DNA of 64,000 nucleotides, taken from positions 3,867,299 to 3,931,298 of the forward strand of contig NC_083436.1 of assembly GCF_020745735.1 (NCBI RefSeq), in the 5' to 3' direction. The translations under genes and the position numbers were made by a program. Below, one piece after another: positions 25,075 through 37,610 of the stretch; position 1 is the stretch's first letter; each line of letters opens with the position of its first letter. The notes beneath the pieces were generated by a model. It was not told the DNA's origin. It ran no database searches and saw nothing but the letters and a program-made list of their open reading frames with translations. This DNA is from Hemiscyllium ocellatum. Its lineage: Eukaryota.

Positions 25075-26420
25075 TTCCTTGCTTGCTCTTCCACTTAGTC
25101 ACACTGACTTCATTACCTAGTTCCTTACAGGCTTTAGTTATTACCTCTTTACTGTCCACTAACGTCCCCATTTGGTTCCCATCCCTCTGCCACATTAGTT
25201 TAAACCCTCCCCAACAGCGTCAACAAAAGCACCCCAAGGATACTGGTTCCAGTCAGCACAGGTGTCGACTGTCCAACCTGCAATAGTCCCATCTCCCCCA
25301 GAACCAGTCCCAATGTCCCAAAACTCTGAACCCCTCCCTCCTGCACCTTCTCTCAATCCATGCATTCATCCTGCCTATTCTTTCATTCCTACTCTAACTA
25401 GCACGTGGCACTGGTAGCAATCCGAAGGTTACTACCTCTGAGGTCCTGGCTTCTAACACTCTAAGTTCTGCTTGTAGGACCTCATCCAGTTTATCACCTA
25501 TATCATTGGTGGCTGCATGCACCACAACAGCTGGTTGTTCACCCTCCCCCTTCAGAATGTTCTACAGCCGATCTGAGACATCGCTGACCCATGCACCTGG
25601 GAGGCAACATACCATTTGTGAGTCTTGTTTTCGATAACAGAACCGTCTATCTACTCCTCCTACAATTGGATCCCCTATGACTGTAGCCTTTCCACTCTTT
25701 TTCCCACCCTTCTGGACAGCAGAACCAGCCACGGAGCCATGAACCTGGCTACTGCTGCCTTCCCCTGGTGAGCCATCTCCCCCCAACAGTATCCAAAACT
25801 CTTTTGGAGGGAGATGACCGCAGGGGACACCTGCACTGCCTTCCTGCTCTTTCTCTGCCTTTTGGTCACCCATTCCCTTTCACCCTCAGCAATCCTAATC
25901 TGCGGTGTGACCAATTCACTAAATGTGCTATCCTGGACTCCTCAGCATCGCATATGCTCCAGAGTGAGTCCATCCACAACTCCAGAGCCATCATGAGGTC
26001 TAACAAGAGCTGCAGCTGGACACACGTCCTGTACGTGAAGGAGTCAGGGACACCAGCTGTGTCCCTGAGCTCCCACATTGAGCAACAGGAGCATAACACG
26101 GGTCGGAGATCTCCTACCATTTTTAATCATAAGCTAAATTTAGATGAATGAGAAAGGAAATAAAAAAGGTTTTTACCAATCATATGATAAAAAATATAGA
26201 AAATCCTTACATGAACAACACATCACAGAGTCCTTTATCCTTTGGTTAGAGGAGGATGGGTGGGAGACACGTGTAGTGTCTCGGGTTCTGTTGCTGCCCA
26301 AATAAGTCAGTTCACTCACCTTCCCAGAGCACAATTCCACCGCTCCCACTCAACTCCTCACTGACACCAGTCCTGCTGCTACTGAAAATGAAGGCCACTA
26401 ATACTCGAGGTAAGTCCTTT
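25075..26420 (-). mobile_element. CR1 5' portion (5' UTR plus ORF1) lacking ORF2 and 3' end
   Basis: MVGDLRPVLCSCCSMWELRD...CVQLQLL and TVIGDPIVGGVDRRFC, colinear with 14700-15950. Confidence 0.9.
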
Positions 26421-27469
26421 CAAGAAGGAAATTGGTGACTGACACAGAGGGCAGGGATTGCTCCTCCATCAACAAAATGGCAGCAGTGTCACAAAAGTAT
26501 CCCTATTTGGAGCCTTAACTATTTAAATTTTCTACTTGAAGTAAGCTGTGTGGGGCAGAGACTGTGTATATTTAAGGCCGAAATAGATTCTTGATCAGAA
26601 GGGGAATCAAGGATTACGGCGAAAATGCAGGCAGGTTGATGAAGGGAATGTTGTGTCAGCCATGATGCTATAGAATAGTGGGACAGGCTCAAAGGGCTGA
26701 ATGGCCCACTCCTATGGTCTTATCTGCTTCCAACGGAAAAATTTCCCATAATATTTTCCCCAGCCCCAAACCTGTCACTGCATATCTAGAAAAATCAACC
26801 CATGATTACACATAGAAATAAGCATGTGCAGGGTGTAATCGAAGTGATGGAGTTCTCAGCAATTGGCTGTCAACTCAAGAGGTGCTTGGTGTCATGTCCT
26901 CTCAGAAAAGCCTGCTAAATTAACTGCTGAACATACTACTGTACAATTAAAGACGGTGGGAGTAGAAATCCCGCCACCACCTAGAAGCATAGACCAATAG
27001 GAGGGTGGAGATTGTCTACTGCTGGCAGCACCAGTAGAAGCAGTTATAGGCACCGTTCATGCATCCAGCAGAGGCCCAGGTGACTGAGGATGAAACCGTC
27101 CATCATGGGGTAGGGATCAAAGGAAAGTGAGGCTGGCTCTCAGCAGCCCTCTCCCCACCTCCCGTTCAGTGGCAGGGCCCACAACTGGACATTTTCAACA
27201 AGATGTACTCCTGTGAAAGAATTTGCATGTTGGGCATCTGTGGTGACTGTCACACACACTGATTATTGAATATTAATTTGTGCCAATGCAGAAACGCGAT
27301 CCACAAGCCTCAGCACCAAGGTGGAAACAGGACAGAGGTGGAAAGGGGGCAGGTTCCCCACCCAGCATCATGTCACTTGATCAAATATCAGTCACCTCAG
27401 GGTGAGGGCACTATATTCTGCCAATGATATGCACTACTGAATTCTTAAAATTGTACTATAAACTGAATT

Positions 27470-27690
27470 TATATAAAGCAGCTTTAATAAAACAAAGCAC
27501 TTTAAAAAAAACAGACATGAGCCATATAGGGGAAACTAGGCTGGTTGGCTAAAAGTTTGGTCAAAGAGGTAGGCCTTAATTGCCATCTTAAAGAAGGAAA
27601 GTGAGGTAAAGAGGTAGTGAGGTTTGGGAGGGACTTCTAGAGGAGCAACAACACTAACAGCAGCCACTGTTACTATAGCCACATATGTCA
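27470..27690 (-). mobile_element. L2-like LINE 3' end
   Basis: SLSFFKMAIKAYLFDQTF, an L2-type C-terminus (FK..LKT.LF), followed by a CTTTATATAAAT-like tail. Confidence 0.55.
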
Positions 27691-28335
27691 AGGGGATTAA
27701 TTCAAAGCTCCAGTTCAATGGAAGGGATACATACAGCATAAGATAAAAAGACAGAAGATCAGATTCCTTGACATGACAGGACAACAATGCCTCATAAAGC
27801 CCCAGTTTTCAAGGTAGGTAATAACACACATCTACTATTACCTGCAACCAGACTTTGTTCTAAAACAGCCAATTGGGCATGAATAAGCAGTGGCCATCAA
27901 ATTCACCACAGCCTGAATTCCTTTGCCCCAAGCTCCTTACTCCTAGTGACAGCTTAATGATTTCACAATCTGCTCCTCATAAATGCATGTCCCAGGTCAC
28001 AGTGCCTTGTTTTTAAGTAGCTTGCTGATAGCCACTTTGTCAAAGATGAGGTCAGTGAAACACAGAGGGTTGTTGTTTGCATTTCAATGGTTGAGTTCTC
28101 ACAAGTACAGAAAGTCACTGAATGCATGCCTATGGCAATTAATATGCTAGTGTGAAGTCTTCATCAATCACAATGGATTTCACTCCTCTGTATTCAAACA
28201 GTTTGCAACCATCAGAAGGTGACCATGTACGTCTGTGCTTGATAGCATTGAAACAGAGATGAAGCATTCACCTTGTGACATAAAAATGGCCCACAGATTT
28301 AATTTCCTCCATAGAATGCCAGTTAGTGGCTCCTT

Positions 28336-28519
28336 CTGGAGCAGTGGTGCTGGAAGAGCACAGCAGTTCAGGCAGCATCCAACGAGCAGTGAAATTGACG
28401 TTTCTGATGGTCGAAACGTCGATTTCACTGCTCATTGGATGCTGCCTGAACTGCTGTGCTCTTCCAGCACCACTGATCCAGAATCTGGTTTCCAGCATCT
28501 GCAGTCATTGTTTTTACCT
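28336..28519. mobile_element. Penelope family B-derived asymmetric palindrome (non-autonomous insertion)
   Basis: Arms 28334-28404 and 28413-28483 are near-perfect inverted repeats, and the right arm has a further tail of about 36 nt. TSD CAGT(T/A)AGTGGCTCCTT at 28320-28335 and 28520-28535. The tail matches 57040-57087. Confidence 0.88.
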
Positions 28520-28894
28520 CAGTAAGTGGCTCCTTGACTACCCTCTGATGGTCTACTTGAAGATTCTTGTGGGGAACCTTCCCAGAAACAGAAAGGAGGT
28601 TGTTTAACAAGAGCAGCATGAGGACAGTGCAGTGAATGAGCAAGCCATGGGGTTGGCAAGGAGTGTTTCAGACTCTTAGCAGATGTAGAAAGGGAAGGTA
28701 CAACAGTGCAAATAAGCATCAATGTGGCTATGGTATTCTGGTCTGAATACCAGAAAAGCCTGACCTCATCTTTACCTTACTGATGTGTGTTAAACTATCT
28801 AACAGCACCACTGGAGACCTGCTTGTGTCCTCGCCACAAATAAAATTCATTCCAACAGTCAACAAGCCAACATTCACAACCTTTCTTCCTCATT

Positions 28895-29545
28895 AGAATT
28901 ATAGGGATATACAGACCCTTCTGTATCATACTCATTCATGCCAAATAGATATCCTAAATAAATCTATTCCCATTTGCAAGTATTTAGCCCATATCTCACT
29001 AAACCCTTCTTATTCAAGCACCTGTCTAGATGCCTTTTAAATGTTGTAATTGTACCAGCATCCATCACTTCCTCGGTCAGCTCATTCCATATACGTATCT
29101 CCCTTTGGATGAAAAAGTTGCCCCTAAGGTCCCTTTTAAATCTTTCCCCTCTCATCTTAAGTCCTGTAGTTCTGGACTCCCCCACTGCAGGGAAAAAAAC
29201 TTTGTTTATTTATCCTATTCATGCTCCTCATGATTTTATAAATCTCTATAACATTACCCCTCAGTCTCCGACGTTTGAGGGAAAATAGCCCTGGTCTATT
29301 CAGCATCTCCCTATAGTTTAAACACTCCAACACTGGCCATATCCTTGTAAATCCTTTCTGAAGCCTTTCAAATTTCACAACATCCTTCCTATAGCAGAGA
29401 AACCAAACTGCATGCAGTATTCCAATAGTGGCCTAACCACTAGCCGCAACATGACATTCCAATTCCTATGCTCAATGCACTGACCAATAAAGGCAAGTAT
29501 ACTAAATGCCTTCTTCACTATCCTGTCCACCTGTGACTCCACTTT
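28895..29545 (-). mobile_element. CR1 3' fragment
   Basis: RPLLEYCMQF, LFSLKRRRLRG, FFIQREIRIWNEL, FKRHLD. Confidence 0.9.
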
Positions 29546-30592
29546 AATCATATCAATCACTTGCAGGCCACTGTCCAGAGAGAATGGAGAATTCAACCAA
29601 GTAGAGGCCAAGTGAATGAGAAATTCAAATAAATTCTTTCATTAATTGAAATGAACAACATCATACCATAGATATAGACATCAGTTTAATGCAAATAGCA
29701 TTGTAGAACAATTATGTCACTCATTCACTTCCTAATGCTTCCACATAGTACAGCCCTTGGAGCTGCCGTGGAGCCAGAAGGCAGCTGTTTCTTCCCCTGT
29801 TCTATCTAACATGCTCATACTTGTGATGGACAGTTTACAACACAAAAGGCGGCCAATTTAAATCACCTCCCTATTCTTGTATTCACAATACAGTAAAACT
29901 CAAACATTCAATGATCTTCCAATGTGACCTCAATGATTTATAACCAGACCCCTTCAATAACCAGTACCAGGCTTCATGAATAACTGATACTAAGCACCAA
30001 GTTAATAGCTTAAACAAAGTAATTAACAATTTATCAATACTGCTGTAGCTTTAGCAAAGCAAATGTAAACAACAAGATAATGTAATTAATATCTATGATT
30101 TAAAAGCAGACTTCTTTGATTTTAATCTCCACTCACACAAAGACAGACAGATAAACAGACACAGTCAATGGATAAATCAACAGAAAAGAAAGAGATATTA
30201 TTGGTCGGTTTACTTATGCAGACTCATGATCCATGATCTCACATACACATGGGATTGCAACTGGTTTGGTTTCTGAAGACACCAATGTATGCAATTAGCT
30301 TCCAGACTAGGAGGAATATTCACTTCATGCTTACAACCAATCCCATTCTTCAAACTTTCAACAAGTTGATAATAAGGAAATAACCAGGGAGCAATCAAAT
30401 TTCCACACTTTAGCTTTCACAACCACAATCTTTCTGACTTAAACACATCTCAAACCAGTTCAATCTTAGTTCATCTCTCGAGGCTCCAGTTAGCATTTAA
30501 CATCTTCCTTGTATGTGGGCATAATGCATCATCGGAACTGAAACATCAACAGAACTGCAACCAACTTCCAGGCCTGGCCTCACAAGCGAATA

Positions 30593-30751
30593 CAGAGGAA
30601 CCTCGATTATTTGGCATTTGATTATCCGAATATCGGATTATCCTGCAAGATCACAAGGTCCCAATGCTTGGTTAAACTATGCCATCCGGAATTTGACTAA
30701 TGGAATGAAATACTCCTGACCCGCATCCTTCAGATAATCCAGGTACGTCTG
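30593..30751. mobile_element. Tigger/pogo-like MITE
   Basis: Imperfect TIRs CAGAGGAACCTCGATTAT / ATAATCCAGGTACGTCTG, flanked by TA on both sides (30591-92, 30752-53). Internal ATTATCCGAA subrepeats. Confidence 0.75.
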
Positions 30752-30914
30752 TATTAGTTTTTCTGAATTTTTTAAAGAAAAGAAGCTTTTGCTCACAGTA
30801 CAAAGATCACTTTCAACTCTCAGCTTACAGTTCATAGCTCCAAACTAAAAATGATAAAAATATAAAAATAAAATAATGAAGGCCTCAACAATTTTCCCTT
30901 GATTATGTTGCATT

Positions 30915-31226
30915 GGGGCGGCACGGTGGCACAGTGGTTAGCACTGCTGCCTCACAGCGCCTGAGACCCGGGTTCAATTCCCGACTCAGGCGACTGATTG
31001 TGTGGAGTTTGCATGTTCTCCCCGTGTCTGTGTGGGTTTCCTCCGGGTGCTCCGGTTTCCTCCCACGGTCCAAAGATGTGCAGGTCAGGTGAATTGGCCA
31101 TGCTAAATTGCCCGTAGTGTTAGGTAAGGGGTAAATGTAGGGGTATGGGTGGGTTGCGCTTCGGCGGGTCGGTGTGGACTTGTTGGGCCGAAGGGCCTGT
31201 TTCCACACTGTAAGTAATCTAATCTG
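30915..31226 (+). mobile_element. Full-length young HE1 SINE
   Basis: A-box TGGCACAGTGG, B-box GGTTCAATTCCC, V-domain, HER1-type 3' end and AATCTAATCT tail. Confidence 0.95.
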
Positions 31227-31479
31227 AAAAAAAGACAGTTGCACAAAACTTCCCCACCTACATCATGCAGAATCACATGTGATCATCAGGGCAGGAGATA
31301 TTGGGTCTGTCATAAATCTTTGGAGGTGAGCAAAGGAATAAGCAGTGTTTTGTTGTATCTCATTAAATCAATGACTGCAAAAGGCAAGGCCAACATGAAT
31401 CTAGATGCTTACCACATCTGATTTTTCATAGAGGTGACCACTCTTTCTATGATGGTCGTCATCAGAGTAAATATCAAGA

Positions 31480-31905
31480 CCTAGAAGACTGAAACAGGAG
31501 TAGGCTGTTCAATTCCTTGAGCCTGCTTTGCCTTCAATATCATCATGGCTGATCATTCAGCGCAATATCCTAAACCTGCCCTCTCCATATTGCTTTAGCC
31601 ACACAAGTCATATCTACCTCCTCCTTGAAAACACAATGTTTTGGTCTGAACCACCTTCTGTGTTCATGAATTCTACAGACTGCACACTCTCTGGATGAAG
31701 AAATTTCTCTTCAAATCAGTTATAAAGCTTCATCTTTTATTCTTAAACAATAACCCCTGGTATTGGACTCTCCCACCATCAGGAACATCATCCCAACATC
31801 TAACTTGTCTAGTTTTGTTAAAATTTTATAGGCTTCTATGAGATCCCTCTTATTCTTCTAAACACCCATGATACAATCCTAACAGATTCAATCTCTCGTC
31901 ATATG
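31480..31905 (-). mobile_element. Old CR1 3' fragment
   Basis: GGAGTAGGC..TTC...CCTTGAGCCTGCT 3' UTR and CTCTGGATGAAGAAATTTCT. Confidence 0.7.
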
Positions 31906-32434
31906 TCAAATGCCTGAGACATCATGGCGTATGTAGTAAAGATGAACTCCTTCACTTGCTCCAAGGGTACACATTGTTTCTGGAAATGTTGACTGATGAC
32001 AGAAGCACACATAGGCTACATATGTTCACTTTCAAGAACAACACCTGGGGCTTTGCATCCAGCTAAGTGATCTGCATCCTTCAACAGAGTTTTTTCAATG
32101 TCATCCTTTTCCAATTTATTCAGGGCAACTATTGCTGCAGATCCCTCTGTTCTTCTCTCACTCACTGGACTTGTGCATTGCAATGACAGAAAGTGGAGCT
32201 GTTGAGTGTGACAGGTATAATGAGGAGGTGAAAGACTAATAATTTGTGGTAGGTGATAGTGAGAAGTGGGTTCAAGATAGCACTGAGGGTGAATGAGAGT
32301 TTTGGCTGTTCTAATGGATACTTGAGCACAAACCTGGAATGAAACAAATGTTCAGAATTGCTAGGTGCATTCTGAGGAGTCTGTGCAGGAGAATGTTACG
32401 AATGGCACCAGACAACTAGAAGTGACACATCATC

Positions 32435-32650
32435 CGCCTTTCCTGACTTAGCAAGGCCAATAAACAGCTCCTGCCATTGTATCCAGGTTCTGGGCACCAC
32501 ATTCCTGCTGCTTGTTTCCGTTGCTTCCCACCATGTGTTTGAATGCTGGCTTCTTCCTCTCATACCAAGAAAATAGCAAATCCCTTCTGGCCCTCACTGG
32601 TTCAAACATAACCTCTGGATGGGACAGGAGGAGCAGCCTGCCTGAATCTT
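32435..32650 (-). pseudogene. Possible Myb/SANT-like domain relic of a PIF/Harbinger element
   Basis: Frameshifted peptides VRARRDLLF... and VVPRTWIQWQELFIGL resemble the RT..QC.K.F.DL motif of Harbinger Myb-like proteins. Confidence 0.4.
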
Positions 32651-33229
32651 CTTTGGATTTTCTTGCCTGCACTAGCTTTCATGACCACGGTTTGCAGCAG
32701 CTGTTCTGAGCTCTGCCAGTTTTCAGAGATCTTTCATTCCCAGAGCTGTTGGACTGTGAACATATTCACACTCTGTGACTGGTAAAGGAACCTGGAATGT
32801 TGCTGCTGAGTTCAAGTGCCAGGACAAAGCTGCTGATCAACCAAATGGAAATCTGACCGACTAATCGTGTTGCTCCATCACTTCAATCTTTAGTTAGACA
32901 TTTCAGTCAAAATGCAGGAATGGAGAGGGGGGGTAATGAGATAGAGCTAGGTATTAATCAGTATACAAATGAAACACTGCTTACAGATGATGTCACTGAG
33001 GAACAGTAGTCAGATGAAAAATTAAGAATGTTTAAGCATCATTGCTGAAGGCATACGTCCCATACAGCTTATTCTGAAGTTCTATTTTTATCTATTTTTT
33101 TTTGTTGAATAATTGAGACACTACCCAGCCCATGAAACTTGGCATCCTCCCTTTCTCTTCCTGCTAAATTGAGAACAGTGACATTTTGCCTTTCCTTTCT
33201 GTGGGAAAGAGCATTAAACTTAAATTGGC

Positions 33230-33362
33230 CATTCCTAATGAAGGGCTTTTGTCTGAAATATCGATTTTCCTGCTCCTCGATGCTGCTGGATCTGCTGTGT
33301 TTTTCCAGCACCACTCTAATCTTGACTGTGATCTCCAGCATCTGCAGTCCTCACTTTCGCCC
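33230..33362 (+). mobile_element. Penelope family B solo terminal repeat, decayed HHR
   Basis: TTCCTAATGAAGGGCTTTTGTCTGAAATATCG...CTCCAGCATCTGCAGTCCTCACTTTCGCC. Confidence 0.85.
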
Positions 33363-33440
33363 ACTATATTTAAATGCCAATCAGTTGAATTTGACTAGGT
33401 CAGAGGTCACGCGACAGCAGGTCACAGTCCAACAGCAGTC

Positions 33441-33648
33441 ATGATTTGGAGATGCCGGTGTTGGACTGGGGTGTACGAAGTTAAAAATCACACAACACCA
33501 GGTTATACTTCAACAGGTTTAATTGGAAGCACTAGCTTTCAGAGCACCGCTCCTTCATCACAACCACCTGATGAGGGAGCAGCGCTCCGAAAGCTAGTGT
33601 TTGCAATTAAACCTTTTGGACTATAACCTGGTGTTGTGTGATTTTTAA
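33441..33648. mobile_element. Penelope family A asymmetric palindrome
   Basis: Inverted arms centred near 33560 with the tail on the left. TSD CACAGTCCAACAG at 33423-33435 and 33649-33661. Confidence 0.88.
33565..33599 (+). ncRNA. Minimal hammerhead ribozyme motif (family A), core intact
   Basis: CAC-CUGAUGA-G-GGAGC-AGC-GCUCC-GAAA-GC-UA-GUG: stem I CAC/GUG, 5-bp stem II, palindromic AGCU stem III. Confidence 0.8.
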
Positions 33649-35646
33649 CACAGTCCAACAGATTCATTTGAAATCACAAGGTTTCAGGCATTCACCTGGC
33701 AAAGAAGCAGCGCTCTGAAAGCTTGTGATTTTAAATAAACCTGTTGGACTATAACCTGATGTTGTGTGACTTCTGATTTTCTCCACCCCAGTCCAATACC
33801 AGCACCTCCACATCATGAAAAGTGAGTAGATTTAACAAATCTTGATACAGCAGGAAGTTATTCTGCAGTCTGCTTAAAAATAGTAGTCTGTCTCTTTGTA
33901 TCAGTTTACTTCCCTCATCTGCCGTATCAACGCTGACTTTTTAAGTTTGGTTTCTCAAAACAGTGCTGACAAGGTTCCTAGTCAGCGATGAACTCACCCC
34001 CAAATAGAGGTGAAATCAGACGGCGAGCAATGGAACTCTGCAGCTAAATTTGCTGTTAAAAAGAAAAGGAAACTAAAGTGCAAAGAGTCTTCAGTATATT
34101 GTAATAAATTCTAACTTCTGCTACATCACAATGAAATGTTAATTAAATGTCCATGAAAACTCTGTAGGGACTAAGTTTAACATCGCTGTGTCTAAAAGGG
34201 ACACAGCAATAAACCTTTAACACTGGCAAAATCCTTGTGTTGGGGGCTTCAGGTCAACGCTATATTGGTATCGCAATGAAATTCCTGCACTAAATTCAGA
34301 CACAGACTTCTAAATTTGTTTGCTCTCATCTTAGCTTGTGATCTAACTGGCATCTTGAGATGCCTAATCAGCAGTCCTTAACAAGACTGTTAGTGACAAC
34401 TCAAAAAGTGGCCTGAATACTTCCAAAATTTTCCAAATTACAGTCAGAAAGTCATGGATTCCCTTTGTCATTCCCATCCAAAAAGACATCCCTCCCTCCA
34501 GAATCGACATCTGAACATTGAAAAGGGCAAAATCCTAGCAGCCTAGAGACATGGGTTGAGCTGGACGTTGAAATGGATCCTGCAGTTCACATGATTTAGT
34601 CTGATAAGGACCCTTAGTACTCTTCATTTCAGGGCACCATTGCTGGATCTGTGCTTAGCTGGCAGTCATGATTTCTAGTGCCAAGAAACAGGGTGAACAA
34701 ACCTGCTTCCAGTTTTCTTGAATCAGTGTGTAGATGTTGGGTCAACCAAGATAGCTTGAACTAAGAGCAATAGATTCTTCTTCAATAAGAGTCTCAATGG
34801 ATATGAAACAAAGGAGAGTAAATGAAGCCTGTTAAATACTGACAGAGGGGACTGAAAACGGTTTTTCTTATGTTTCTTAAGTTGAACTCAACCAAAGTAT
34901 GGGGTTAAGTATTACCTTTTAAATTCTCTCCTTGTCGAAACACCACACGAGGAAACACAACATTCTCTACTTGCCCACCACTGCAATGTACCTCAGATTG
35001 GAAAATGAAACATATAACAATTATAACAAGTCAACTCCCATGATACTACATTTTAATAGTCTGACAATAAGGTTTGCATAATAAAAATGTACTAGCATAG
35101 ATCATTGTCCACACAGCACCCATTTTCAGATGCTGCATGATCTCCAATATGCAGAATGGATGCACAAGTTCATTATGCCTCACCCTCCATACTGGTTTTT
35201 GCAGAAGCATCAGCTTCCAGTGACTGAGACCAACAGAGGCAGAAGGTCTATGGAATAGGTTAAGAGGCAGAATGCTTGTTTGAAGTCCCCTCTGCGAAAC
35301 TGGACACTAATACATTCCGTAAACAAAACTGGCCACAACTGAAGTCAAGACAAAACATGCCTATTAATAGGCAGCTTTTAAAGGGATCACTTCAAGCTGC
35401 AGTCAAAGTCAATGGTTTCTAAAAAAATACATATACCTCCAAGCCAGGCGTGAACCATGAGGAGTAGAAAGGTTCCACAAGGTCTCATATTTTAAACACA
35501 CAAACAGTTGCTGGCCTGTCTTCCATCCTCCCAACCTAATCATGATCTTAACCCATCCTGAACCATCACTGGCATTAATCAATGTTTCCAAACAACACTA
35601 CATAGCCCATCTCAGTTACTGTTATTCTCCCAACATGACAGTACTT

Positions 35647-35673
35647 CCCCCCCCCCCCCCCCCCCCCCCCCCC
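35647..35673. repeat. Poly-C tract
   Basis: About 27 consecutive C. Confidence 0.95.
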
Positions 35674-36134
35674 ACCTCCTGTCTTTCTGAGCCAATTACC
35701 CTCTCTCTTGACACAGACAGAGAACACCTTCAGGCTCTAGTGCCATATAATCCCACAACACTGTGAAATAGCTCCATGTGACAAAGCATTGTATAATTAA
35801 CCCTTTACCCTACACACCCTCCCCCACAAAGTTCTTTCATGGTACCTTTTTGCAGTTAATATTGAATCATGAACATTTAACATCTTTACTACCATCTTTG
35901 CTGAATATGTGAATAAAATAAAAAAAATTCCCTTAACTCAACATAGTTGTTTTCACACTTAAGATCATCACTCTTTAATTGAAGCAAAGTTTTCATCAAT
36001 TAACCGCTCACTCCTCCATCAATGTGTCTTTTCATTGTGGATAAATTAATATAATAATGAACTACCAAACCATTGTTTTAGTAACAATTTGAAAAGTCAT
36101 GCAAAGAATTGCAGATGGAATAGAGTATGATCAT

Positions 36135-36552
36135 AAAGTGTTAAGGAGTCTGATGGCTTGTGGGATGAAACTGTTGCACAGTCTGGTCATGAAAGATCGA
36201 ATGTTCTGGTATCTTCTGCCAGATGGCAGGCGGGAGAAGAGTTTGAGTCAGGGGTGTGCGGGGTCTTCCACAATGCTCTTAGCCTTGCAGATGCAGCATG
36301 TGGAATAAATGTCTGTAATGGAGGGGAGAGAGATCCCGATGATCCTCTCAACTGTCCTCACTATCCGTTGTAGGGTCTTACGATCTGAAACGGTGCAATT
36401 CCCAAACCAAGCAGTAATGAGCTGTTCAGGGTACTCTCAATGAACCCTCTGTAGAGTGTGGGGAGGATGGATGGTAGGAGATGAGTTTTCCTCAACCTGC
36501 ACAGAAAATAAAGATGCTGTTGGGCTTTCTTGACTAAGGAGCTGCTGTTGAA
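36135..36552 (-). mobile_element. Rex1/Babar LINE ORF C-terminal fragment
   Basis: The minus strand reads LFSRLPSGRRYQNIRSFMTRLCNSFIPQAIRLLN, the conserved LPSGRRY...NSF.PQAIRLLN end of Rex/Babar RT. KKAQQHLYFL lies upstream. Confidence 0.8.
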
Positions 36553-37610
36553 TTGTTTTGAATATCAGATATTGGCATGAAACAAATTGGACTTATACAT
36601 ATATATTTTCCTGGATAGCTTTTAATCGATTACTACATTTTATCACCTACCACTTCCCTTAAGTAGATCATCTCTTGGTCCTCAGTATCATGTACCTCTT
36701 TTGACAGTTGCTGATGGAGGTGATTTGTTCAGAAACTTTCTCACTCTAGACTGAAACCTTCAATTCCTGCTTTTGCAACCCACCTGAAACTAGTCTACCT
36801 TATGGCACATTCAGCGCCTATGCTGGCATTCAGCATTGCTGGCTGGATAATGTTGGTGTCAGTGTGCAGCTTTCTATCAGGATGCAGGCAAGAAGCAGTG
36901 GTGAGAGTGATGTTCTTTTCCCCTTGTGGCTACTGTTTTCCTGGCTCTTTAGTAGCCCTTAGATTAACTGAATTTGAGTCAGTGGGCTGGAATTAAAAAT
37001 CTTATCCAATTATCTGGGACAAGAAGTCTGTTCTGCCTATGATATTCAGCCTGTCTGATTAACTGCACCTTTAGTGATTGAATAAGCTTCTTGTTTAGGC
37101 TGTAAAGATTCTAATGAGGCTTCTTTTGGTATTCCCACTACAAAATGATACTCTTTGATGCCCTCTTTCAAGATTCAATTATCTGCAAAATAGCATAACT
37201 TCTTCATGGAAGATAATCTTGCTCTTGGTTGCGATAATTAGAATTTGTACTTAAAGAAATTTGCATGTATTTAGAATTTGCATTAAATGGAATTTCACTT
37301 TCAACTGAAATACATGTTGAAGGCCTTAATTACATCCTGGTATTTTGCAGTTTCTTCAACTGTGCCACAGATGTCCCAACTGAAGGAAAGCAGTAGTAGG
37401 GAAATGGTGTTGGGGAAATTTGTGGGATTAAATGTTAACAAATTCCCAGGTCCCATAAATTTACCTCCCAGAGTATTTAAGGAAGTGTCTCTCGAAGTAG
37501 GGGATTTATTAAGTCATCTTTCAAGATTCTACAAACTCTGGAACAGTTCCTACGGGTGGCACAGTAACCAATGTAACCCCATTATTTAAAAGAGGAGGTT
37601 GAATAAAAAT

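Larger units (their letters stand above)
33399..33816. mobile_element. Older Penelope family A-related palindrome hosting a younger family A palindrome
   Basis: Left arm GTCAGAGGTCACGCGACAGCAGGTCACAGTCCAACAG and right arm ...TGTTGTGTGACTTCTGA plus tail CACCCCAGTCCAATACCAGCACCTCCACATCAT. Confidence 0.8.

Noticed and set aside
28401-28424. CTGATGGTCGAAACGTC at the palindrome centre as an intact hammerhead
   Set aside because: A9 and stem II are missing. It is an inversion-junction remnant.
28334-28483. Long hairpins as pre-miRNA or DNA-transposon MITE
   Set aside because: The arms are Penelope terminal-repeat sequence, asymmetric, with long variable TSDs. There is no evidence for miRNA processing.
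29930-30830. Possible minus-strand solo LTR
   Set aside because: The composition is suggestive, but termini and TSD could not be defined.
30915-30990. tRNA gene
   Set aside because: The A/B boxes belong to the tRNA-derived head of an HE1 SINE.
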